In this document: positions 12,717 to 26,500 of the stretch, in pieces
Layout: every line of letters starts with the position of its first letter
How positions within the stretch are numbered: the first letter of the stretch is position 1
DNA from: Mobula birostris
Lineage: Eukaryota
NCBI RefSeq assembly: GCF_030028105.1
Contig: NC_092372.1
Coordinates: 128,883,492 to 128,947,491 of the forward strand
Direction of reading: 5' to 3'
Length of the DNA: 64,000 nucleotides
Notes under the pieces: generated by a model
What the model was told of the DNA's origin: nothing
What the model saw: the letters and a program-made list of their open reading frames with translations, nothing else
Databases searched by the model: none
Program-made: the position numbers and the translations under genes

Positions 12717-13584
12717 TATGACCATTGAAAGCATTTGTTTGAAATATTCAAGCTCTCGAGGCTCTGTATGAGTTTGGGATATGAATGGCTTTCTGAATTT
12801 CCCTCATGAATACCCCTTTTTATATTGCACTTTGCACAGAGGTAGAAGCTGACTGAAATATGTCTCAGAGAGCTACAAGGAAGCTCATCTGGCTTCAGCT
12901 GAACAACCTCGGAGATGGAGAAAGGTCAGTCATAAACTGAAACACTTCAAAACTGATAAAGCATTATAACCAGCTGAGGGTGCTAAAATAAAATTAGAAT
13001 AGAAATATTGTGTGCTTTGGGAGAAATTTCTCAAAGTTTAGTGGACCAAAGGAAATGAAAAAACCGTAAGTTAATTCAATGTTTTAAAATAAAGGTCAGA
13101 AGCAAACTCTCAGGAACTGCAGAATTGATATTTGGACATCAATTCTGAAATAATCTTTGAATACATTATATAGACATAGTTAATAAAAAATGCAAGTTTA
13201 AAGCATTCCATAAACACCATCATCTCATGGTGAAACCAGCTCCAACTTTTGTAAATCGCTTATGTAAGCAGCCTAGTTACACTTGCCAATGCTGATGCAG
13301 GGGGTTAACTTATGAACAAAGTCACAAGTGTGGGAAAGTCAGTGTAGCGTAAATCAAACTTCACCTTCTAATGTGATTAGCTTATCTCATGCATTAAAAA
13401 TGAATCTGATCAAATTTCAGAGGAGGGAACACCCATCCCCCTCCCCACTGTCTGCATGGTATATATAACACAGTTACAGTAATTTCTGACGGTAGCATTT
13501 TATTTTATTAGACTTCATAACCTGATACTTACTTTATTAGCCACTGAGTAAAAGCTCACATGGTTCCTTAAAGGTGTTATACCC

Positions 13585-14110
13585 AGGGGTGGTAATGGGG
13601 ATAATCTTCCACCACCTATTAAGTGCTCCCAAACATGTGAAACCCAAATCGTCCTGACAACCAAGATCAGTTCCTGGCCTTCATGTGTGGCTTAGCTGCA
13701 AAGCCCAGCGGAACCGTTTCAACTGAGAGGAGAAGGGGTGAAGGCAGGTTACTGATGCCTTAAAACTACTCACCAGTCAGATTGGGCTTGTCAGCTGTGT
13801 TTGGCAACTCATCTAGGAGAAGGAAAACTCTGATCCCACTCATGAGGTAGACTTCAGGAGTAAACTCTGAGGGAAAAATCTGGAGCTGGAGTCCAGTTCT
13901 ACATTGAGTTCAAGGCTGACTGACAACTCCTGCAATACCGCTGGTGCCAAACTGCCGTTCTCTGCCGTTCTTCTGAGTTCATCAGTTCTGTGGAGATGGG
14001 GAGCTTGCTACATGGGCAATAGCTTACTCTCCATATCATACTGCCCAGGCTTGCGTATCTAGACAGCTAGGACACAACATCCATGGTCAACCCTGACTAA
14101 GGAAGCCTCC
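13585..14110 (+). mobile_element. Probable RTE-related non-autonomous element (5' UTR-like)
   Basis: GGCAACTCATCTAGGAGAAGGAAAACTCTGAT resembles RTE 5' regions; GC-richer than the flanks; no ORF. Confidence 0.4.
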
Positions 14111-14339
14111 TCAGAAGTTCACGTGGAAGACATGAGGCCCCTGTTGGTCAAGTTCGACTATTGACCCTTTCAGCAACTTTCCTTCTGAATTGGGCAAATC
14201 AATTCTAGAACCTGCGGTGGACAAGTAAGAGTGTTTAATCGGGGGGGGGCGTATTGTACTAGGGGTATTTGTACTAGGTGAGGTCTTATTGAAAACAAGA
14301 ACAAGAGGTGTGGGTAGTGGGGCAAGTGCATTTTAAAAT

Positions 14340-14562
14340 AAGACCATAAGGACAGAATTAGGCAATTTGACCCATCGAGTATGCTCCATCATTCAATCAT
14401 GGCTGATATATTTTCTCAACACCATTCTCCTGCCATTTTCTCATAACCTTTGAAGCCCTTCTAATCAAGAGACTATCAATCTCTACTTTAAATACATCTG
14501 ATGACTTGGCCTCCACAATCATCTATAGCAATGAATTCTACAGATTCACCACCATCTGGCTA
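14340..14562 (-). mobile_element. CR1 3' end
   Basis: ATAAGACCATAAG tail and inverse of the 3' UTR seen at 3100-3297. Confidence 0.8.
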
Positions 14563-15059
14563 AGTACTTATTTGAAATTTTAAGTGCTAGGAAACCCTCT
14601 CAGCAGTGTCAGCCTCCTGTTCTTTGAACATCTTTGGTTTGGAGCCAGTCTCCGAAAACTTTACAATTTTCCACAGATTGGTTCTCATCCAATCTTCCCA
14701 AACCAAGCTCTCCTCATTATACTCATTTCTCCACTGACTCTTACGTGATATGTTAATAGCAGAGAGTCATAATGTCATACAGTCCAGACATGGGTTCTTC
14801 TGCCCATTCGTTCCATGCTGACTTATTGTCCATCTACACTAACCCCATTTGCCAGCATTAGGGCATCATCCTTCTTTGCTTTGTTTCTCATTCCTTCACC
14901 TCCTCTGGCAGTTCAGTCTGGAATCAACCTCACTGTGTAGCAAAATCCTTTTCCAAAGGTCCAGTCTAAAAGCTTCTTCACTTCATCATAAACGCTTGCC
15001 CTCTTGCTTTTGTTGCCCGTACCATGGGGTAAAAGGATTTTGATTAGCTACATTATCTG

Positions 15060-15423
15060 GTTCATTATGTGCTGTGCCATATGACATAAGCAATCATGGT
15101 CTTTTCATGACCATGATTGTTCTTGGCAATTTTTTCTCGAGTTGGTTTCCCATTGCCTTCTTCTAGGCAGTGTCTTTACAAGACATGTGACCCCAGCCAT
15201 TATCAATACTTTTTAGAGATTGTCTGCCTGGTGTCAGTGGTTGCATAACCAGGATTTGTGATATGCACCAGCTGCTCATACAACCATCCACCACCTGCTC
15301 CCTTGGCCTCATGGGACCCTGATCGGGGGGCTAAGCAGGAGCTACACCTTGCCCAAGGGTAACCTGCAGGAGGGAAGGTGAACCTTACTTCTTTTTTAGT
15401 GGAGATATATCTCCACCCCACCG
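15060..15423 (-). mobile_element. SINE-like element with RTE-type 3' motif
   Basis: Inverse of 18862-19235; contains AGAAGAAGGCAATGGGAAACCA, as in RTE-mobilised SINEs (Bov-A/Sauria type). Confidence 0.65.
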
Positions 15424-15467
15424 CTTGTTATTATGGGTAGCCATGAGACTGAGTACATTGCAGTTAG

Positions 15468-15692
15468 CACAAGGAAATCTGCAGGTGCTGGAATTTCAAG
15501 CAACACACACAAAAATTGCTGGTGAACACAGCAGACCAGGCAGCACCTATAGGAAGAGGTACAGTCGACCTTTTGGGCCGAGACCCTTCATCAGGACTAA
15601 CTGAAAGAAGAGATAGTAAGATCTCTTACTATGTAACTCTTCCTATAGATGCTGCCTGGCCTGCTGCATTCACCAGTAATTTTTATGTGTGT
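15468..15692. mobile_element. Fold-back Penelope pseudo-LTR mini-element
   Basis: 14-bp TSD TACATTGCAGTTAG (15454-15467 / 15693-15706); inverted pLTR copies; minus-strand hammerhead TAGTC-CTGATGA-AGGGTCTCGGCCC-AAAAGGTC-GACTG at ~15562-15600. Confidence 0.85.
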
Positions 15693-17464
15693 TACATTGC
15701 AGTTAGTGCTTGTTGGTATAGACTGGAATCTTAATTAGAAATGCTGCTTTGGCTTTTGTCGAAATCCCTAGAGTCGAGAGTTAATTAAGAGTCAAGGCTA
15801 TATTGTCTGGAGAAGGCAAGGGATTGTCTGCACCAGGTGTGCCACGCCTCACTGAGAAATGAGAAAGTATTTAACCTGAGATTAGATGTTGATGGAAATG
15901 TATTTATTCTCCATTAATGATGCAGAGGTATTGGCTTGTATTGCTGTTGTTGTTTTGTTGCTGTTGTCCTATTGTTGTTGCTTGTGTGTTCTGCGAGCTT
16001 GGTAGGTATGCTACATTGGCATTGGAGTGTGTGTGGACACTTGTGGGCTCCTCCCAGCACATCCTTAGGCTATGTTACTTGTTACCACAAACAGCATGCT
16101 TCACTGTATGTTTTGATTTACCTGTGATAAATAAATGAATCTGAATATCTGAAATTAAAGTCACTTACTGGGTGAAATTGAGAAATGGTATTACATACCT
16201 TTGGTATAGTAGTTACTCATTTGCTTCCACAAGCGAGAGCAACTTATCTCTATAACTGAAGGTGCAAAATACAGGACAAAAATGACAATTACGCAGATAA
16301 ATAAAATAGTAATGAGATTCAATGCTTTCACATGGATGGGGATCAGTGATGAGATGAGCTGGCATATAGATGATGAAGTTCAATGTTGATAACCACAAGG
16401 CGTGGCATTAAAAACAGGGAAGAGCAAAAGCCTGCACAATGCAATTACTAATAGTGTTTGATGAGGAAAAGGCTGGACATATTTAAAGAGCATCTGGACA
16501 GAGTGAAGCAGTTATTAATCAGACAAATTGAGTACAGATGGACATCTTGTGAATTGAGTCACAAATCAGAACTAGTTATATTAAACATTGTTAAGGCCCA
16601 GAATAGACTATAGCAAGGAATTTCTGTCAGCTAATTTTAGTATATTAATAGAATTGGCAAAATTAAACTAAAAGTCTGAAAGGAAACATGATTTAGATCT
16701 TTACATTACAGCTCAAGAAAACATTTTATTTTCCCCTTGACACTTTTCATAATTTCTCATGTTATGGGAAGCTGTACAGCTCATCTCGGGGAAAAGCCAC
16801 TCAGTCACGGGAAGAACTCTGCAATTCTGCAGCTTAGGGGGTCAGGATCGAACTTGGGTCTCTGGAGTGATGTACCATCCTGTAGTTGACTATGAAACTG
16901 GGGGCCATAAAGGAAAACAAGCACCAATAATTCAGATGGGTCATTCAGGAAGCTCCATTTATTATCTGTAGAGGGTTCAGAATGTTGAGCTGATGATGAA
17001 AAAGTGCAGTTGAGAGCAGCAAAGGTACATTTAATTGGAAACAAATTAAGTATGTGAGAAAGAGATAAAAAGAAAAGTGGAAAAACATGAGAAGAGATTT
17101 GATGTAACATTAATGGCTGCATGGACCTGTTAGAATGAAGAGCCCGTTCCTGTGTTGTAGACATTTTACAAGGTTCACCATGGGGATAACAGTAAATATT
17201 ATCAGCAGAAAATAACAAGATAAAGGACTGGAAAAACAGTATTTGGAGATAGTCACAGACAAGGAAGCTAATTCCAAAGACAATTTCAAATTTATTCTGT
17301 ATCAATCGAAACCTTCACTCATAAAAGAAGAGGAAGGGACAGAAACCTTCAGTCATCACGGTGCAGACATGGACACATTCCATAGTTAACATGATGAGTG
17401 GGGTGAAGAGTTTCACTCCTCAGTTTTACATTACAGGGAGCATCAGTGAAATTACACCCTACAG

Positions 17465-18205
17465 CAGCGGTCTCCAATCACTGGGCCGCAAAGCACGCGC
17501 TACCGGGCCGTGAGGAAACGATATGAGTCAGCGGCACCTTTCCTCATTCCCTGTCACGCACTTTTGAACTTGAACATAGGGTTGCCAACTGTCCCGTATA
17601 TTGGGCCAAATTGGTTTATCCCGTATTTCCCCTGCTAAGGTATAGCATTCCTATGAAACCTTTCGTGCCGAAATGGCGTGAAGCGAAGAAGGAATTACCA
17701 TTAATTTATATGAGAAAAATTTTTGAGCATTCCCAGACCCAAAAAGTAACCTAACAAGTCATACCAAATAACACATATAACCGAAAATAAATAATACTAA
17801 CATATAGTGAAAGCAGGAATGATATGATAAATACACAGCTTATATAAAGTAGAAATAATGTATGTACAGTATAGTCAGGAAGATGAAGGCAAAACCGATT
17901 ACAGTAGTGGGGAAAAACTCAGCACATATGTGTATGCGCACTTCACATGTGCACATCACGCATGCGCACACAGGTGCCCGCGCAAGGCTTCATGGTCATG
18001 ATAGTCTTTCCAGGGGTAAAGTGTCCCGGGATTTGACTGCTACTTTTGTCCCTTAAGAAAGTTGGCAACCCTAACTGTAAAAGACATGTTGAGGTGAGTT
18101 TAACCCTACTTGAACACTAACCCTCCCCCCCACCGGTCAGCCGGTCCGCAAGAATATTGTCAATATTAAACCGGTCCGCGGTGCAAAAAAGGTTGGGGAC
18201 CCCTG
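17465..18205. mobile_element. hAT (Charlie-type) MITE containing a nested hAT element
   Basis: TIRs CAGCGGTCTCCAA / TTGGGGACCCCTG; 8-bp TSD CCCTACAG / CCCTAGAG. Confidence 0.85.
17577..18108. mobile_element. Nested hAT-type non-autonomous element (TAGGGTTGCCA ends)
   Basis: TIR TAGGGTTGCCAAC with its inverse at 18061-18073; 8-bp TSD CTTGAACA at 17569-17576 and 18109-18116. Confidence 0.8.
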
Positions 18206-18861
18206 CCCTAGAGACTGTGCACAGGTTTGCCTCCTTATTGATACAAATGTGTTAATATTCTGAAAGCAATTCAGAATTGGTTGACTAAACTTATACCTGG
18301 AAAGAGTGTGTTGCCTGTTAAAGAAAGGATAGACTGACCAGGCTTGTATTCACTCTAATAAGTTTTGAGTTTTGAGTAATGAGTTTTGTCTTATCACCCA
18401 AATTTTTCTTTACTTGTTACTTACTCCTAATTTGAACCAACACAGAGATGCCATGTCAAAGATTGCTGGTTTAGCCAGTTAAAAGAGCAGTATACATGGG
18501 CTGTTCACATCACATTTACTACTCTGGTGATACATGTGCTGTATGCTGTTGGATGCTACCATATTGTACCTGGGCAACATGTTAATGCATCTGATATATG
18601 AAGACCTGCCGGGAACTCACAATCTTTGAGGAGTGCACTGTTAGTGCTAGATCACAGTAGTGCAATGCAACCAAATCTCTAGACTTTTGGTATGTAAGTA
18701 CCTGCAGATCTGGTAGAAAAAAATAAGGCTGTAAATATTATCATTCAGAACATCTTTGATAATCGTCACAGTGAAGACTCTTTACACGTAAATAGAGAAG
18801 ATAGTTGATGTTGCATCCTAAAGTATTCCTACAGACAGCTTAGACTCTACTACATTGACCA

Positions 18862-19235
18862 AAGGTTGGCAGAGTAGAGACGCATCTCTACCAAAGGAGG
18901 TGTAGAGTGATTTTTCCCTCCACTAGCAACAGGTCACCTTTGGCAAGATGTAGCACCTGCTTAGCTCCCAATTAGGATCTTGTGAAGCCATGGAAGTAAG
19001 TCCTGGGTGGTCATATGAGCAGGTGGTGCAGATCACAAGTCCTGATTATGCGACCACTGACACGAGGCAGACAATCTCTGAAGAGTACTGATAATGGCTG
19101 GGGTCACCCATCTTGTGAAGACACTGTCCAGAAGAAGGGAATAGCAAACCTCTTCTGTAAAAAAAAATTGCTAAGTATAATCATGGTCACGGAAAGACCA
19201 TGTTCACCCATGTCATATGACACGGCACATACCAT
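18862..19235 (+). mobile_element. SINE-like element with RTE-type 3' motif (same family as 15060-15423)
   Basis: Colinear with the reverse complement of 15060-15423; a short fragment also lies at ~50820-50900. Confidence 0.65.
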
Positions 19236-19963
19236 CAAAATGAACATTGATCAAGCACGAGAAAATGGGCAGAAGCTGGGAATCCAAGCAACACACACAA
19301 AATGCTGGGGGGACTCAGCAGGCCAGGCATTAACCAAGAGTCAGTTCACAAAGACAATGAAGCCTTTTATCTGATTTTAAATCCAGGGGTATTGTAACAT
19401 GAATTTGAACAATGGGAGAGAGGAAAGCTGGATATATTGGCAGCTACATGCTGTTCCTTAGGGCAACATCTCATGTAATTTGGCCTAAGATCAAAATAAA
19501 ATGCAAGATATACCCAGCAGGTTATCTGTGGACAGAGACCCAAGCTTCAAACTGTGTCCATGTGGTATGACGGAGACCACCTTGTTAATCACCTGGACTA
19601 TGTACTCTTATGCAAAAGAACATGTCTTCTATGGTTACTGTTCAGCAAGCTGCACAGTCATTCTCACCCCAATCCCAGTACTGAAGCATTCATTCTGTAA
19701 GCAACAATGCTTGCTGGTATCCGGAAGAAAACATTAATGAGTGTACATCTCTGTAAGGGTTGGCTGCCAGGATTATAGCTGCAATTGTAAGGTCTGGTAG
19801 TTGTGATATCTAGCATCAGATCAACACCTGATTTAACTGGCAAGGGATGATCCAATGAAGCCATACCAGGAAATTGACAATGGATGATCTGAATTGTTGT
19901 AAGATTTTCATGCACAGGATTAGGGGCACCGAATGTAAAATGCAGAAAGTTTTTGTATTTTTT

Positions 19964-20080
19964 TGGATCTCAGCAGGTCGGTCTGACTGACCGTTTCCAC
20001 TGATGCTGCCCGACCTGCTGAGTTCCTCCGGCATGTTGTGAGTGTTGCTTTGACCCCAGCATTTGCAGAGTATTTTGTGT
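19964..20080 (+). mobile_element. Penelope pseudo-LTR mini-element with short 5' inversion
   Basis: Inverted CTCAGCAGGTCGG, then GACTGACCGTTTCCAC..GATGCTGCCCGACCTGCTGAG; flanked by TTTTGTATTTTTT repeats. Confidence 0.75.
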
Positions 20081-20309
20081 TTTGTATTTTTTTGAGTGCT
20101 TTGCACAATTAAGCTTGGGGAAAAGCTCCTGTCTCTCTCTCCCTCTATCAAAATTTTCCTACCATTCCAAGAAATGCGTTGCGTTTGCCCTTCCCATAGG
20201 ACTGGACTCATACACAAGGCTCTGCCACTGAGGTTGGAGTTGGCTTTGATCAGCATGGTCTTAATGAGAGGCGAGTGGGTTATCCAGAACTTGTCATTGG
20301 AAGTAGGTC

Positions 20310-20445
20310 TGAAAACACGGGATTCTACAGATGCTGGAAATCCAGAGTAATACACACAAAATGCCTTCATCAGGGTCTCAGCCCTGAACATCAGCTGTTT
20401 ATCCCCTACTATGGATGCTGCCCGACCTGCTGAGTTCCTCCAGCA
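20310..20445. mobile_element. Fold-back Penelope pseudo-LTR fragments
   Basis: Inverted pLTR part (GATGCTGGAAATCCAG..ACACACAAAATG) followed by direct GATGCTGCCCGACCTGCTGAGTTCCTCCAGCA. Confidence 0.7.
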
Positions 20446-21369
20446 AATGTTTCTGGAGATTTGCGCTGGACCAAGTTCTGGACATCAGCTCAGTTTCTCT
20501 CTTCACTGTCCACACTGCTGTTGGTATTCAGCATCTTCTGTATGTTTACAGTCTACCACCCTCTGTAGCATTACACTTCTGTGTTAATATAATCTGAATG
20601 ATACTCTGTGCAAATGACCTTAATAAACATTCAACAGTTTTCACACTACGTTTTGAATTTATTAATAAATTGACACGGCCATACTTTTTGCTTACACACA
20701 GTAACAAAAGGTACTCCTAGACTAAGCACTTCCAGGCAGTCACTTGGTTAATGCAGCCGAACACTTAAATAGGATGGAACTGCATTGTGATTTCATATTT
20801 CTATAGAACCTGAAAAATGTCCTTTTAATAGAAATACCACAATAAACTGCTTGAAATTTCAGCCTCATGTTCTCTGACATCATGTGATCCATTTTGATGA
20901 TATTATATCTTTCTAAGTTGATTACTATTCCACATTAATTTTGCAAGACTTTTGATCCTATTAGCATTACACTATTGAAATAAAAACGTTAGCTGTGGCA
21001 AGTCCTAATCTCACTGCCTTTTTAAGCCAAACTGATTTCTATGCATAAGAATGTTGTATTCACAGCAATCTCAGTATGTTATGGTTTTATGCAGCCTTCA
21101 CACGTTCATCACAATCTTATAAATCCCATTTCCTGAGGTCATCCCTATCTGGTGACCTGTGAAACAAAACAGAAATTAAGCTTCAGTTTGTGATGGCAGC
21201 CCTTCACGAGTCACAAATGTTTTGTTATAAGAAGGAAAACAATGCTATTCAAATGATTCTGAACAGGGAATTACATAAATACATCTTCCCCCAGGTGTAT
21301 TATCTTTTGCAGCTCACAGGCAGATTACACCCTTCAAACTGAACAAGCTAGAGCTCGAATTATCAAAAG

Positions 21370-21930
21370 CAGAACTTCCCGATGGCCAAACACTTTAATT
21401 CCCATTCCCATTCCCTTTCCGACATGTTGGTCCTTGGCCTCCTCTTGTGCCAAGATGAGTTCACCCTCAGAGGTGAACTAAACCTAACTAAGGTGCACCT
21501 TATATTCCATCTGGGTGGCCTCCAACCTGATGGCATTAATATCGATATCTCTTTCCAGTAAGAAAATTTCTCTCCCCTTCCCCTCTTCTGTTCCCCACTC
21601 TGGCCTCTTACTTCTTCTCATCTACCTATCACTTCTCCTTCTGTCCCTCTTCCTCCCTTTCTCCCATGGTCCATTCTCCTCTCCTATCAGATGCCTTCAT
21701 CTCCAGCCCTTTACCCTTCCCATCCAGCTGGCTTCACCTATCACCTTCCAGCTATCCTCCCACCTTCTATTTTGGCATCTTCCCCCTTCCTTTCCAATCC
21801 TGAAGAGAGGTCAGGGCCCAAAATGCAGACGCTTTATTCACTCCATAGATGATGCCTGAACCTGCCGATTTCCTCCAGCATTTTATGTCTGTTGCTCTGG
21901 AATTCCAGCATCTGAAGACGTTCTTGTGTT
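21370..21930 (+). mobile_element. Penelope-like element 3' end (GIY-YIG tail plus pseudo-LTR)
   Basis: HFNSHSHSLSDM.VLGL and LIFHLGGLQPDGINID motifs, pyrimidine-rich UTR, degenerate hammerhead CTGAAGA at ~21800. Confidence 0.8.
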
Positions 21931-22708
21931 TAAGATGGAGCTTCTGTTAAAACATTAAGCAATCACTTAGCCGGGTGGGACAGTGCAGTCTCTCCATTAA
22001 AAGTTTATTATCATATTGACAAGTGTATGTTGAATGATCATTAAAAAAGAATACAAAATCATGAATATATAGAAGTCTTATTCAGATGCTGAAACAATTA
22101 GTGTGATACTCCGCAAAAATGAATATTTCAGCTTTCATCAACAAAGCACAAATAATGCAGGAACACCAAGATGATAACTTTTGCATCATGTTGGCATGAC
22201 AGCAAACATTGCACTTTTCATGCTGTTTCTGAAGTGTGTGGAGAGTAAGGAAAAGGAAGACCTCTAAGGGAAATATAACACATCTACCACCCGGCATTGG
22301 GCATATGTGCAGCCGACGTTTCTCCTGGCTGGAAATCTCTGGAATCAGGAGTCGGCCTCTCAGGATAACACACTGAGATAAATCGATATTCTCATCATGG
22401 TTCAGATGAACGAAATGTTGCTCCAGGGCCAAAGTGGAGTGGTCACACACAGCACAAGGCACACATGGCACATATAAGGTAGCAAGCACAGGTAAGGTGT
22501 CAATAAAATACAGTCACACACAAATAAAATCCTCCAAGATTCTGAGTCCATGAATGTTGCAGAAATCTGCTGTCGACTGCAATGCAGCTTGTCGTCTGCA
22601 GAGCAAACACTGGCGGGGGCGGGGGGCAGCACCGACCCCAGCTTGGACAGCATGCCACACCGCCTCCGGTGGGACGCACCAACTCCATTGGCTCTCTCCT
22701 AAGCTTTA

Positions 22709-23173
22709 AGGCTGATGTATACTTGTGTGTACGGGCTACGCCATAGGCCTGATTTATACTTTTGCGTAGCCCTACGCCGTAGCGAGCCTCCATATTTGTG
22801 TCTGCGTCGCTCTGTAATTCACCGCCAAAATGCTAGTTGGCGGTGGGATTTCTATGCCACTGTGTTGAGTTTCTTCGTGAGAGACATGGACGAGGAAATG
22901 CATTTTGAATACTTTCGGATGTCGGCAGGTAGATTTGACGATTTGGTTCATCGTCTCCAACCATTTATTTCGCGTCAGTGTACAGACATGGCGGAGAAAA
23001 GCAACCCGAAAAGCACAGGAGGAAATGCGATGCTACCAAGTGGACCAATCACAGTTGCTGTGGTCTGCGTCGCCATGATGCGTCACTTACATTTGGGTAG
23101 GTGTACGTCACTCTGCGGTGTAGGGTACATGGTACCTACGGCGTATATTTGACGCAGAAGTATAAATTGGGCT
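22709..23173 (+). mobile_element. PIF/Harbinger non-autonomous element with transposase N-terminal remnant
   Basis: TTA TSD; TIRs AGGCTGATGTATACTT / AAGTATAAATTGGGCT; [36 protein letters not shown] is a Harbinger transposase-type motif. Confidence 0.85.
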
Positions 23174-23559
23174 TTAGTCTTCATGCCCAGCGGAAACTGC
23201 AGCTGGTCCTACAGTATAATCATCTACAAACATTAACAACTTAAAGCACTGGCAATTATCACCTTCTGTACGCGTTACTTCTTTCAACAGCTTCAGAGCT
23301 TCACCTTAATAGGGCCATATTCTGAGCAAGTGAGTCTTCATTACTAATTGTTGTGTGAAATCAGGTTCACAGGTTCAGTGAGTCAGGACAGAAGGCACTC
23401 ACTACCTTTAAATAAGTTAACTATTTATTTGTAGGACAAGGCATTCACTAAACACTAAATAAACCATTCAAGTTACACTCAGTTGCAAGTACTCATCTAA
23501 ACTAAGTACGCGGTGGCAAGACAGAACAGACACTAATCGTGCACACACTGACAAATACC

Positions 23560-26500
23560 CAGTGGAAGTGCGTGCCAGAGGTTATGGTGCACATTGGCAC
23601 TAATGACATGGGTGAAAAGGAGGAAGAGGTCTTGTACAGAGAGGATAGGGAGTTTGGGAAGGGGCTGAAGAGCGGAGCATCCAAGGTAGTAACCTCAGGA
23701 TTACTCCTGGTGCCATATGCTAGTTAGGGCAGGAATAGAATGATAGTAGAGATGAATGAGTAGCTGAGTAGTGCTGCAGCAGGCAGGGTTTCAGATTTCT
23801 GAATCATTAGGATCTCTTCTGGTGAAGGTATGATAGGCGTAAGAAGGACGGGATACACCGGAATCTGAGGGGGACCAATATCCTTGCAGGCCGGCTCGCT
23901 AGAGCTACTGGGGAGGTCTTAAACAAATTTGGGAGGGTGGTAGTAACTAGAATGATAGGATTTAGGATGGAGAAGATGGGGTAGAAGTCGATGCCGTGTG
24001 TAGTGAGACTGTGAGGAAGGACAAGCAGATGATAGGGCAAAATTGCAGTCAGTGGGATGAGTTAAAGTGCAACATGGGCCAAACTCAAAAAGGGTGATGA
24101 ATACAGGACTGAAGGTGTTTTATTTGAATGCTCGCTGTATACGTAGTAAGGTAAATGATCTTGTAGCACAGCTAGTGATTAGTAGGTGTGATATTATTTG
24201 CATCAATAATTATGGCTGAAAGAAGATCATTGTTTGGAGTTTAACATCTAAAATTCAGATTATATCGCAAGGTCAGGAAAGTAGGCAGAGAGGGTGGGTG
24301 ACTGTTGGAAATCAAATCCTTAGAAAGAGGTGACATAACATCAGAAGATGTAGAATTCTTGTGGGTAGAGTTAAAAAACTGGAAGGGTAAAAGAAGTGTA
24401 ATGGGAGTTATATACAGACCTTCAACCAATAGCCAAGATGTGAGATATAAAATTCAATGGGAAAGAAAAAAGGCATGTCATAAGGGCAATGTTACATAGT
24501 CATGGGGGATTTCAATATGCAGGTAGATTGGGAAAATCAGATTGCTGCTGGATCCTAGAGAGGGAACTTACAGAAGGCCTACAAGATGGTGTTTTAGACC
24601 AGTTTGTAGTTGAACCCACTGGAGAAAAGCAATTCTGAATGGGGTGCTGGGTAACGAACCAGATTTGATTAGGGAGCTTAAAGTAAGTCCTTAGAAGACA
24701 GTGATTATAATATGATAGAATTCACCCAACAATTTGAGAGGAAAGGATAACGTCAGATATATCAGTATTACAGTGGAGTAAAGGGAATTGCAGAGGCATG
24801 AGAGGAGAGGTGCCCAAAGGTGATTGGAAGCGAACACTAACAGGGATGATGCCAGAATAACAATAGCTAGTGTTTCTGGGGCAACTCAAAAGGCACAGGT
24901 TAGATAAATCACAAAGATAAAGGGAAGATGAAGCAACAATGGCTATATGGTAAGTCAAAGACAGTACAAAAAGTAAAAGAGAGGACATATAATATAGCAA
25001 AAGTTGGTGGGAAGTTAGAGAACGATGAAGCTTTTAAAAACCAAAAGAAGACATCTAAAAAAAAGCCATAAGGAGAGTAGGGGTGAAATATAAATGCAAG
25101 CTAGTCAATAATATAGTGAGTGTAGTTGATATTACTAAGGAGAAGGTGCTTGGGAAGCTGGAAGGTCTGAAGTTGGACTACAGCCTAGGGTTCTGAAAGA
25201 GGTAATGGATGAGATAGTGGAGGCGTTAGTAAAGATCTTTCAAAAATCACTAAATTCTGGAATGGCTCTGGAGGACTGAAAATTTGCAAATGTCACTGCA
25301 GTCTTTAAGAAGGGGGGGGAGACTGAATTAAGGAAATTATAAGCCAGTTAGCCTGATCTCAGTGGATGGGAAGATGTTGGAGTTCATTATTAAGGATTCG
25401 CCTACTGTTCACCTACCGACACAACCAATTGACAGACGATGCAATAGCCACTGCTCTACATACCGTCCTTACACATCTGGAGAAGACAGATGCTTATGTG
25501 AAAATGTTGTTCTTGGACTACTGTTCAGCATTCAACACCAGAATCCCATCCAGGCTCGACAGGAAGCTCAAAGACCTCGGCCTTGACCGCCTTGTGCAGC
25601 TGGATCCTGGACTTCCTGTTACATCGCTGGCAGGTGGTAAAAGTGGGCTCCCTCACCTCCACCTCTCTGACTCTCATCACAGAAGCCGCTCCAGGCTGTG
25701 TACTATGTTCCCTCTTTACTCATTGAAACATCGAAGCATAGAAAACCTACAGCACAATACAGGCCCTTTGGCACACAATGCTGTGCCGAATATGTACTTA
25801 CTTCAGAAATTACCTAGAGTTACCCATAGCCCTCTATTTTTCTAAGCTCCATTTACCTATCCAGCAGCTCTTATTGTATCTGCCTCCACCAGCGTTGCCA
25901 GCAGCCCATTCTACGCACTCATCACTCTCTGCGTAAAAATCTTACCCCTGACATCTCTTCTGTACCTACTTCGAAGCACCTTAAAACTGTGCCCTCTCGT
26001 GTTAGCCATCCATGGGTATCCTCCCTGTATACCCATGACTGTGTCGCCACCCACAGCTCTAATCTGCTAATTAAATTTGCCAACAGCACTACGTTGATTG
26101 GCCTAATCGCAAACAATAATAAGGCGGCCTACAGGGAAGAAGTCACCTCTCTGACACAGTGGTGTCAAGAAAACAACCTCTCCCTCAATGTCGCAAAAAC
26201 AAAGGAGCTGGTTGTGGATTACAGGAGGAATGGAGATGGGCTAACCCCTATTGACATCAGTGGAACTAGGGTTGAGAGGGTAAACAGCTTTAAGTTCCTC
26301 GGCATCCACATCACCGAGGATTTTTCATGGTATGTACACACCAGCTGTGTGGTGAAAATGGCACAACAGTGCCTCTTTCACCTCAGATGGATGTAGAAGT
26401 TTGGTACAGGACCCCAAATCCTAAGAACTTTCTACAGGGGCACGATTGAGAGCATCCTGACTGACTGCATCACTGCCTGATATGGGAACTGTACCTCACT

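Noticed and set aside
12840-12930. Exon-like segment (CAG|AGG ... AAG|GTCAGT)
   Set aside because: Stops in all three frames near its start and no recognisable peptide
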